64,000 bases of DNA, from contig OZ024740.1 of NCBI GenBank assembly GCA_964016885.1, positions 96,100,001 through 96,164,000 on the forward strand, read 5' to 3'. Each line of letters begins with the position of its first letter. The first letter of the stretch is position 1. The notes under the pieces are model-generated. The model was given only the letters and a program-made list of their open reading frames with translations. It was not told the DNA's origin and searched no databases. The stretch comes from Eledone cirrhosa (taxonomy: Eukaryota). A program made the translations under genes and the position numbers. Shown here piece by piece: positions 53,948-64,000 of this stretch.

Positions 53948-56091
53948 ATGAACATGATAAGTGAAACTAAATTAAAAAAAAGAACAAATCACAACAAATT
54001 GCAAAATGACTTAAATACATTACTTAAAAAACTAAAAGACACTAACCGTATCATAGTAAAAGCAGACAAAACATCAAATGTATACTCAATGGACATTAAC
54101 ACATACAATAACTTTATTCAGCGTGAACTACATAAAAAATATAAAAAAACAAATGAATCTACACTCACCAGCATTAACATGGAGGGCCTCAAGATAGTTA
54201 ATAAACTCGGAATTTCAGATAGGACCGAACCACTTACCCCGTGCAACCCTACATTTAACCTGAAGGATCACAAAAATAACTTTGAAACTAATCCCACCAT
54301 TAGATTAATATGCCCAACCAAGTCAGACATAGGTAAAATTAGCAAAAATATTCTAGATAGGGTAATCGCACAAATAGAGTGTAAACTAGAAATCAGTTTA
54401 TGGGGCAACACTAACGAGGCAATTAAATGGTTCAATAAAATACAAAATAGGGAGACGTGTAACTTCATACAATTTGATATAGACGACTATTATGCTTCCA
54501 TATCCCCAGCTACCCTAGATAAGGCGCTTATATTTGCCCCAAATAACTCTGATCTTACCCATGATGAAATTGAAATAATAATAGCGGCTAGAAGGACTAT
54601 CATAAAATTTGAAATTAACTACTGGGTAAGAAAGGATAGAATAAATAGCTTCGATATAACAATGGGATCAAATGATTCTGCGCAAATCACAGATATCGTG
54701 GGGCTATTCATAGCACACAACCTACATAAGGAATTCAGTAACCTCCAAGGAGGAATTTATAGGGACGACACGTTACTTATAGCTAGGAACCTAAACAACC
54801 AGAGCATGGAAAGACTAAGGAAAAATATTAGAATATTCTTCAAAAAACTAGGCCTAAGTATTACCTACGAACTAAACCATAAGAAGGTAAATTTTCTAGA
54901 TGTAACTCTAAATCTAAATACTGGATTAATAGAACCTTTCCACAAAAATAATGAAAATCTTGCCTACATTAGTTACAACTCAAATCACCCCAAATCCATA
55001 ATTAAATCCATAGCACGTAGTATATCCCTCCGAATATCCCGCTTATCCTCAGACATAGAAATCTTTAGCGAGCATGCTGACTATTATAATGCAGCATTAC
55101 GTAGGGCCGGTCATAAAGATAAACTACAGTATATAGTGAATAAGGACAACATAAACAATCCTAGTAATTACTACTCCAACCGCTCACATAATAATAGGAA
55201 TAGCTTGACTAGACATAGGATTAGCCATGTAACACCTGGAGTAAAGGGCCAAAACACTAATAACGTAAACCCAAGAAACAATAGAAGAAACAGACAAAGA
55301 AAATACCTATGGTTCAACCCAATATTCAACTCCTCTATAAAAACTAGACTGCCCTCTACATTCTTTAAACTAATAGAGAAACACTTCCCTATCTCGCATA
55401 TATATCACAAAATACTCAATAGATCTACTATAAAACTCTCATTCTCAACAGCAGCTAACATAGAATCACACATACGCAAGATCAACCACAAAAATATCTC
55501 TAGTAAATCAATTGCACCTATACATAAGCACAAACTCATCACAACATCACAACCACAAGCGCATACAAACGCGCAGCAGCAAAACCCCATTGGGCATATA
55601 TCACAACCCACTTATAACAGGGTACTAAACAGGAATGTAAAAGCTGCACAAAATAGCGCCTCAAACTGTAACTGTCACCTCCCAGATAGGTGCCCATTGG
55701 CGAACAGATGTCTCGATTCGAGCCTGATGTACATGTGCACTGTCATCTCTGGTAACTCCACCTGGAATTACATAGGATCCACCGCGGGTTCTTTTAAGAA
55801 AAGATGGTATGTGCACAGGCACTCAATGAAAAACCGTGCACTTATGGGTTCCACCACCCTCGCCAGAAAAATATGGAGATGAGGGACAGCAACACTAACT
55901 ACAGTATCAACTGGTCGAAGTTGTCGGCTGCTAAAACCTATAGTACAGGGATGTCCTATTGCGGGCTATGTGATCTTGAGCTATTGTATATCCTTAGAAA
56001 TGTTAAAAGGCTACTTAACAATAAGTTAGACAGATCTATCTTCTGCAGACATAGAATAGCCACTAAATTCATAAAATTTAAACCTCCGTGA
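53948..56091 (+). CDS. YRDD-type PLE RT + GIY-YIG, 644 aa open with one terminal frameshift (continues in 55804..56091)
   Basis: IVKADKTSNVY, LKDHKNNF, IRLICP, FIQFDIDDYYASI, FDITMGSNDSAQ, GIYRDDTL, VNFLDVTL, WFNP, CNCHLPDRCPLANRC, YIGSTAGSFKKRWYVH, CGLCDLE, CRH. Confidence 0.93.
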
Positions 56092-56410
56092 ATCGAACCA
56101 ACATAACATAGCTTTAAATTAGGATACCTACTACTCACAGAAATATATTCATTAAGTATACTATATCCTTCACAAGTCTAGACCACACAATTGTCTGTAA
56201 GTACCTCATCTACCAACAATCTTACTCCTTCTCAGCTGCTGCCATCATTTGATCCTAAATCCTAGTTTTTCTCATTTTACTACTACAATGTTACTTAACC
56301 TCTTTTTGCCATAATTACAATTAGCACGCTTTTCTCTTTGCATGTAGGTATATTTTTGTACGAGTGTATATTGATGTGTATGTATGTGTCTATGTACACA
56401 TGCATGTGTA

Positions 56411-56455
<45 letters not shown>

Positions 56456-56456
56456 A

Positions 56457-56573
<117 letters not shown>

Positions 56574-57274
56574 AAATGTATGCGTATATTAATTCGTTAA
56601 CCTCTGTATTAACTCTACAACTATTGAGCTTAGACAGTGGTCCCATTCATGTATACTGTTGAAGATGAAGAGAAAGATTGTAAAAACTAGCTCATCTTTA
56701 TAATTTAAAATTGATATACACTACGATACTTTTTGCCTTATGACAGCTAGTTTTACACGCCGTAACATTAGATACATTATATACCCCCCACCTAAGTAAT
56801 GTCAGGGTCTCCTTAAATAGTTTATTGATAGCATTGTTGTAATTGTTGTTATTGTTCTAATTGAATGCCATTACTACTTCATATAGTAAGTAGTCTGTAT
56901 TTTCTTTTCTTTTCTTGCCTGTGTATTTTCTTCATTCTCGCATGCTCCGAAGATCTGACTGGTTATAATTCTGTATTGGCGATCGAGTAACGCAAAATTA
57001 AGCGGATAGCGATCTCTAGACATACCAGTTCAGTGAAACAAATGTAAACTATGTGATTAAAAACTTGTTTGTATAGCAAACCATGTAAACCTTCTTTCCT
57101 GATTTATTATTACTCCAAGTGTTTACAACATAGGAATTACGGCATACCCGCAGCATCACTATGAAAACGCCTTGTTGAGTCAAACCAAGCCAAGCGTTAA
57201 TATCATCCACTACCTGGAATACCATAACTGGACTTCACCTAAGTGGACTGCATTTAACTATTATTTGTTAATCC

Positions 57275-57324
<50 letters not shown>

Positions 57325-57364
57325 GATATTAACAAATGGAAACAATATTTATAAAACCATATTT

Positions 57365-57427
57365 ATTTCATTATACATATTTCAAGGATACCAAGTTAAA
57401 TTATGGTATGCCTTCATCAGACAAAAT
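57365..57427 (-). ncRNA. Type I hammerhead in a short TA-flanked element (about 57325-57465)
   Basis: Minus strand: attttgt-CTGATGA-aggcatacca...tggtatcctt-GAAA-tatgta-TA-atgaaat. Confidence 0.8.
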
Positions 57428-58090
57428 ACAATATATACCAGTTTTATAAATAAACATTGACGTACCCTTTCAAAATGAGACCGTTACTTTTGGAATCCAT
57501 CAGGATATATTTGCTAGCATAGGTATGCATCTGTATATATATGTTGGTAGACATACTAATTCTTTATAATTATCTCCAAATTATTTTGGTGAGAATTACT
57601 TTTCCAAAACTGCTACTATAGTTGATAGTAATAGTTCGGTTACTATCTTCTTAACACCCAATCCTCACTGATTAACCTCAAAGTCACGTGATTGATTCTT
57701 TTGAATTTGCCACCGACCAAGTAGGCAGTGATTTTTTCAATATCTTGGTATTTAGTCCACGTTTGCTTTTTTCCGTCCACTGAATTATTTGTGTATAAGT
57801 TCCCTGTGTCCACGCATCGCCTGGCAACTTAGCTGAGAATTGACTTCCTGATGACGAAAGCCATTCTCCATGTCTCCCATTCGGCAACCATGTTTATTCC
57901 CTATCAGAAACTAATTAGTTGGAGTGAAATTTTAGTAAGGAAGTTAATTTTTATAATTTTCTTATTTTACGTGTTTCATATAATTGTTCTGCATCCCCTT
58001 GCATTGAACCACAAAGTTACTAAAACAAAACCTATATATTTGCGAGCATAGCTATGCATCTGTATATATATGTTGGTAGATATACTAATT

Positions 58091-58173
<83 letters not shown>

Positions 58174-58203
58174 TATATCATTTTCATTACCATTATGAGG
58201 AGT

Positions 58204-58282
58204 CTGACGAGCCGTAGATTATAGTGTCGGACTAGATCGATACAGATCGAAACGTGAGCTGATCTGTGGCGAAACGCGCGTC
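58204..58282 (+). ncRNA. Hammerhead motif with expanded stem II
   Basis: CTGACGA-gccgtagat...atctgtggc-GAAA-cgcgcg-TC; stem I weak. Confidence 0.7.
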
Positions 58283-58335
58283 ATCAACCAATAAACATAA
58301 TGAAGGTGTAACCACTCGTACTTGTTTTATTATAC

Positions 58336-58399
<64 letters not shown>

Positions 58400-58403
<4 letters not shown>

Positions 58404-58652
58404 AATGAATATATGATAGGGATAAACACTGATACAAGTATACACGTGGTTGCATTGCAAATAACTAAGTTAGCTAGATTGAAAAATACTAATTAAAATA
58501 GTACGGTTTGCCTGTCTCAATTTAAAATAATAAATCAATAAATACAAACCTATATTGGCAATAGCCGTGACAATATAGCTAACTTGGTCATTTTAAAAGC
58601 AAACACATGTATACTTGTATCAGTGTTTATCCCTATCATATATTCATTTGTA
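58400..58652. repeat. Inverted repeat with ~80-bp arms next to (TA)n
   Basis: atgatagggataaacactgatacaagtatacac / gtatacttgtatcagtgtttatccctatcat. Confidence 0.85.
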
Positions 58653-58742
58653 TTACACGGCCCAGAAATATTCCTTTCTTTGAGCTATTTAATTGTAAAA
58701 GTCTATCTGAGTTTATAACTATATATATATATATATATATAT

Positions 58743-59003
58743 ATGATATTAAATAAATGGAAACTATATTTATAAAACCATATTTATTTCATTATATATA
58801 TTTCAGGGATATCATATTAACAATATGTTATGCCTTCTTCAGACAAAATACAATATAAACAGTCTTATAAATAAATAGATACGACATACCTTTCAATCTT
58901 TGTCTGAAGAAGGCATACCATATTGTTAATATGATATCCCTGAAATATATATAATGAAATAAATATGGTTTTATAAATATAGTTTCCATTTATTTAATAT
59001 CAT
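58743..59003. mobile_element. Fold-back element with two hammerheads (58786-58849 minus, 58899-58960 plus); family of 57365
   Basis: Plus strand ttgt-CTGAAGA-aggcataccatatt gtt aatatgatatccct-GAAA-tatata-TA-atgaaat; left arm is its reverse complement. Confidence 0.88.
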
Positions 59004-59089
59004 AAATATACTCCAAATACTTGTTGAGTGCTTTTATATCAGTTATAAATATTTACTCGTTGTTAACCCAACAATTTAAATATAACTTT

Positions 59090-59193
<104 letters not shown>

Positions 59194-59194
59194 C

Positions 59195-62100
59195 AGGAAG
59201 TTATAGTTCACTAAAAGCATTGTGTAATGAGGTATGAACGTTTGAATTTGTAAAGCAAGACAATGCAGGTATGGACATAGAATTTAAAAAAATGCAAGTG
59301 CAAAAGATATTGTTGACAATTAGTCTTTTACCTTAGATTTATTTAAATGTCCTTAATTTTCGAGATAATATCTCTTCTTCGGTGGGAAATAAAGCTGTTA
59401 AACCAGTGTTCTAAATAGCTTGCCAAGTCATACTGACAGGAAATGGTATGGAGTATCTGTTCTATATCTTATGTGAAAGAGTTAAGGTTAGGTGGATACA
59501 GAGTAGTAACCCTTTAAAAGGTTTTATGTTGTACATGCCTGTTTAGGTGTGTGGGAGAATGCGTGAATGTGTAAGTATGTGTGTGTGTGTGTGAATGTGA
59601 GAAGATATGTCTATACGTAAATGTGGCGGATAGATGTTCTCTCGTGTTAGAACTCGTCTTTGTGTGTGTATGTGTGTGTGTGGGAGAGAATAAGTTGAGG
59701 TGTAAGCGCGTGTCTGTGTGCGTGTTTGTGTGGAGGGTGTAAGTATAGGCTAGATGCTCTCTCAAGTTATAAATTGTTGTTGAGTTCTAGACTATTATTG
59801 ATTCGTGGTTGTGTTTTGTCTATAATTACTGCTTCCTTAATTCTAAGATTGCAGAGGTTTCTTTCCTTAGTTTCTATCCTAACTGTTATGGTTTTGTCGG
59901 TGTTTTTGCATTTCACTAAGTGTTTCTTAAATGAGGAAGCGTTAGTATTTAGGTGTTCTTTTATTCTTATGTGGAGTGGTCTGATGGTGCTACATACGTA
60001 GAAGTTGCTTCATTTGACGCACTCTAGTATGTATACGACGTAAGCATAGTGGCATAGGTCTGTGTCGTTGATGAGGCAGTCGGCTAGCCTGCAGCGGTTG
60101 TCATGTCTTGTGGAGTGTCTTTTGGTTAGCTGTCCGCGTAGAGAAGGTCATGTGTGGGCCAGTTGGATATCTAGTCCCTCTCGTCTGATAGCTCTGCGGA
60201 TGGCTGTTGTTGGTTCGTCACTGAAGTGTGGGAGCTTCAGGAAGCAAGTGTTAGTGCCTCGGGTGTGGTGTCCTCTGTTCTTTCTGGCATGGTTTGTGGT
60301 GGTTGTCGTGTATCCGTTCAGTTTGAGTACTTCCAGGAAATGTGTGGTGTGTGTGTCTCGGTCTCTAGCGTCGGTGCATTTGTTCCGGTTACGTGTAGTT
60401 CGTTCCTTATGTATCGGAACTTAGCGCCTGCTGGGAGGGCCGATATGAAATGTACACACAGGTCCTCTGCTGGCTGCTTTTGTATAGAATCAGGTGTGGA
60501 TGTTGCCTTGCTCTGTTACCCTGAGTTGGAAGTCCAGTAGGGATAGGGATCCGCGGTCATCAAGGTGTTCCATGTTGACCTTTATACTGGCGTCCATGCT
60601 GGATAATGTTGTGTATATTTTATCCGCCTCCCCACGGGATGATGTAAGGGTGAGTATGTCATTTACATATCGAGTTAAGAAGGTATGGGAATGGCAGGTG
60701 TTGAAGGCTCGGCGTTCTAGCTGGTTCATATAGGTGATGGCCAGCAGGCCCGATGGGATGGATCCATGGGTAATCCTGTAGTCTGTCTTTATGTGTGGTG
60801 GTGGAAGGTGAAGTAGATGTCTACTGTGAAGGACAAAATATGATGTATGTCCGTCGGATGAAGGTCGTAGCAGTGGATGACCTCTGCGACCACGCATTCC
60901 TTCATTAAATCGACAGCTGGGCGGGCGGCGTCTGTAGTGTAGAGGGAGACAACGTCGAGGCTAGAGGCGTATCAATTTAGTTTAATTTCTTCTGGCTGGA
61001 GGTGGTGTAGTCTACGTATGACTTCGTCGGAGCTACTGACATGCCCGGGAAAGGTGGAGAGTAGAGGCTTGAGGACTTGGGAGAGGAGCCAGGAGATTTT
61101 GTTTAGGGGTCCTTATATGCTAGAGACGATGGGTCTTATTTATATCTTAGTACTATTCTTGTGGGTCTTGATATGTGGTAGAAAGTGGGTAGTCTGCTAT
61201 TTATATTGGTGTAGTTGAACTTAACTTTAATTGGGAGTTGTCTTCTTCTACAGATGTCGGACCAGATGGAGTTTTTCTGTTTTTCGATCCGGGCTGCAGT
61301 CATGTCCGGGATCTCTGTATATAGTTCATTGTCTCTTAGGTGTTCAAAGGCTAGGTTGTTGTATGTGGTTTGAGAGATGACACAAAACTCTTTACCTTTA
61401 TCGGATGGTAAGTATATAAGTTCCCTATTCCGTAGGTTCTTCAGCGTGAGTTGTTGTGTCCTGGAGAGGTTTGAGGCTATATTCTTCTGTTTCCGTAAGA
61501 TGTTAAATACGGAATGTTTTAGCCTTGATAGATTTTCTTCAAGCTCGCGATGGGCAGGCGGTGGACAGAGTGGGCGATCCAGTTGGTATATCGGAAATCT
61601 GGGTTTGTTAGATTCCGTGGTGTTGTTGTCGAGAGTCGATATCCATTTTAGTTGGTAGGCTTCCCGAAAGAAATACCAACTAAAATGGATATCTAAAACA
61701 CACACGCACACGCTTACACATCCACTTATTCTCTCTCACACACACACATACACACATACCAGTTCTAACACGAGAGAACATCTATCCCCCATATTTTCGT
61801 ATAGACATATCTTCTCACACTCACACTCATACACATACTTACACATTCACGCATTCTCCCACACACTTAAACAGACATGTACAAAAAAACCTTTTAAAGG
61901 GAGACTACTCTTTATCCACCTAAACTTAAATCTTTGACATTAGAGATAGAAGAGATACTCTATATAATTTCCTGTCAGCATGTCTTGGCAAGCTATTTAG
62001 AACACTGGTTTAACCGCTTTACTTCCTTCCAAATAAGAGATATTATCTCGAAAATTAAGGACATTTAAATAAATCTAAGGCAAAAGAATAATTGTCAACA

Positions 62101-63006
62101 ATATCTTTTGCATTTGCATTTATTTTTGTTTTTTATTCTATGTCCATACCTGTATTGTTTGGCTTTACAAATTCAAACGTGTATACCTCATTACGCCATG
62201 CTTCAAGTGAACTATAACTTCCTCCTTTCCTTACGCCTGAGACAGACCCAGTTCACAACTGTAAAGAAACTCTTCCAACTATCTGAAAAGTGCGCCAAAG
62301 CCGACTGCAAAATAAACTTCCTAACACGATGCCTGAATAACAACATCATCCCCCAAACTATCAAAAACCTGCATCTACCAACATGCTTCAAATCACCAGG
62401 CCTCAAACGATCACTTAGGTACATACAATAATTCTGCCTAAGAAAACTCATACAACACTTACACTGCACGCTACAACAACACATACGGACTATTTCCAGC
62501 CTTGTACCACAACTCGCCGAAACCCCAGAACCTCTGTCCAGAGTTATCTGCGTCGCTATAGACAGGTCATACCACCATCGCCGAGACTACGAGAAAATAC
62601 GCCGAACGCAAACATTTCTCAAACTTAGCACGGCTAACCGTCTTAACAACATCCCGATTCTAAGCACCAACAGAGGCGAACAAGACGGTACCAACACCGA
62701 ACCTAGCGGCGCCCAGACCAACAACACACCTGACGCAAAGCACCTCGTCACAGACTTGACAGGATCCCTCTCCCGAGAGAAATTAGACCTCCTCAGCCTG
62801 GGTCCCAAGTTCATATTGAAACAGAGACTGGACGATAAATTATGACTCGACATAGAAACGAATTTCTGTCGGGCTGCCTACCAACTAAAATGGATATTTT
62901 AGTTGGTAGGCAGATAAGACTAATTGTCAACAATATCTTTTGCATTTGCATTTTGTTTTTATTCTATGTCCATACCTGCATTGTTTGGCTTTACAAATTC
63001 AAACGT
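59195..63006. mobile_element. Essentially complete YVDD-type PLE with an internal inversion: pLTR(-), ORF C-part(-) 59768-61660, pLTR(+) 61696-62224, ORF N-part(+) 62198-62897, partial pLTR
   Basis: Minus strand: YLPSDKGKEFCV, TRYVNDIL, SLSLLDF, AIRREGLDIQLAH, LRIKEA; plus strand: FLTRCLNNNIIP, LLSLGPKF, AAYQLKWI; ~530-bp inverted repeats with degenerate HHR (59351-59385). Confidence 0.88.
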
Positions 63007-63024
63007 TTATATATATGAATATAT

Positions 63025-63111
63025 ATATACTTTCAAATACGACTTAAAAGAAAGAAATATGTACTGGAGAGTGGCATATATCGAAATTGAATGGTTAAAT
63101 CCCGATTGTAT

Positions 63112-63115
<4 letters not shown>
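63025..63115 (-). repeat. Short TA-flanked dispersed repeat, inverted copy of 53383-53470
   Basis: catcaatacaatcgggatttaaccattcaa...ttttaagtcgtatttgaaag in both. Confidence 0.8.
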
Positions 63116-63187
<72 letters not shown>

Positions 63188-63254
63188 TTCTGTGCGTGTG
63201 TGTGTGTGCTCGTGTGTGTGTGTGTGTGTATTTGAACATGGAAGTGGTTATAGT

Positions 63255-63570
63255 AAAAAGGTGAAATTGGAAATAGCACGGAAAATATATTTAAGGGTCT
63301 GTTTTTTTTTCCTTTTATTAATCAATCTTTAGTTTTTAATTAATATGAATTACTTATAATTGTAATACTCAACATTTGGTAAGAAGACTTTTATTACTAC
63401 ATTAAACGGGCTATAATTTATATACTTCATATAACAATATGAAACTCTTTTTTAAATAATTGTCCCCATCACTTTTTCAATAATATCACTTTGACGTATC
63501 AAATAAAGGAAAAAAAACAAAAAAACTGACCCTTAAATATATTTTCCGTGCTATTTCCAATTTCACATTT
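63255..63570. repeat. Inverted repeat with ~65-bp arms
   Basis: gtgaaattggaaatagcacggaaaatatatttaagggtc / gacccttaaatatattttccgtgctatttccaatttcac. Confidence 0.85.
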
Positions 63571-63571
63571 T

Positions 63572-64000
63572 CTTTTCTTCTTCTTCGCTCACTCATTCCT
63601 ATGAGGGATGTTAGGAGTCCTAAACATTCTGTTCAGTGGCTCCTGTCAGAAGCAACGGTCTCCAACTGATCTGGCTGGATCACAAATTGGGACCACTCAA
63701 GTGCACTGATGTTTTACAATCACCCTTCTCGGTGTCTACTCCCCTGGTCTCCTGCATATTGGTTTTGTCGGTAAAGTCTATCCAGTAATTCTTTCCTGAG
63801 ACAGTCGAACAACATGCCCACACTATCGGTGCTGCGAGCTTTTAATTTGGCAAAGCAGCGGCTCTAACTGGAGTGATTTATCATTTCCGTATTACGTACT
63901 TTATCGAATAACATTAATCCAATGACACTGCGGAGGAATCCCATTTCGGTCGCTTGTATTCGCGATTTTATACTTTCCGTTACTACCCAAGAGTCATGAA
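63572..64000 (-). mobile_element. RTE-clade LINE 3' fragment with (GAA)n-like tail
   Basis: Minus strand HDSWVVTESIKSRIQATEMGFLRSVIGLMLFDKVRN; cttcttcttc tail at about 63575. Confidence 0.85.

Noticed and set aside
53948-56091. Permuted (N-terminal endonuclease) or selenoprotein-type PLE
   Set aside because: GIY-YIG is C-terminal and the TGA near 55880 is explained by a frameshift.
57848-57870. CTGATGA-c-GAAA as a hammerhead
   Set aside because: No stem II and no pairing for stems I or III; probably chance.

Overview
AT-rich eukaryotic genomic DNA, almost entirely transposable elements, (TA)n/(CA)n microsatellites and low-complexity spacers; a tRNA-type SINE family resembling octopod SINEs suggests a coleoid cephalopod (inference). 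No intact host gene is supportable; only weak candidate minus-strand exons are seen. Recognisable elements: at least seven Penelope-like elements (PLEs; RT plus C-terminal GIY-YIG, three sequence types), a decayed Helitron Rep-PIF1, one near full-length and one old R4/Dong-like LINE, RTE and CRE-like LINE 3' fragments, a Chapaev3-like transposase remnant and about eight SINEs. The most striking signal is absent from the ORF track: about 20 type I hammerhead ribozyme (HHR) motifs, read by eye, lie in PLE terminal repeats and in short non-coding fold-back elements, nearly all embedded in (TA)n tracts. They include a 481-bp tandem HHR array (retrozyme-like), three otherwise dissimilar families with a U3-A8 core instead of C3-G8, and palindromes whose axis is the HHR stem II. 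Ribozyme activity and family names are untested inferences.
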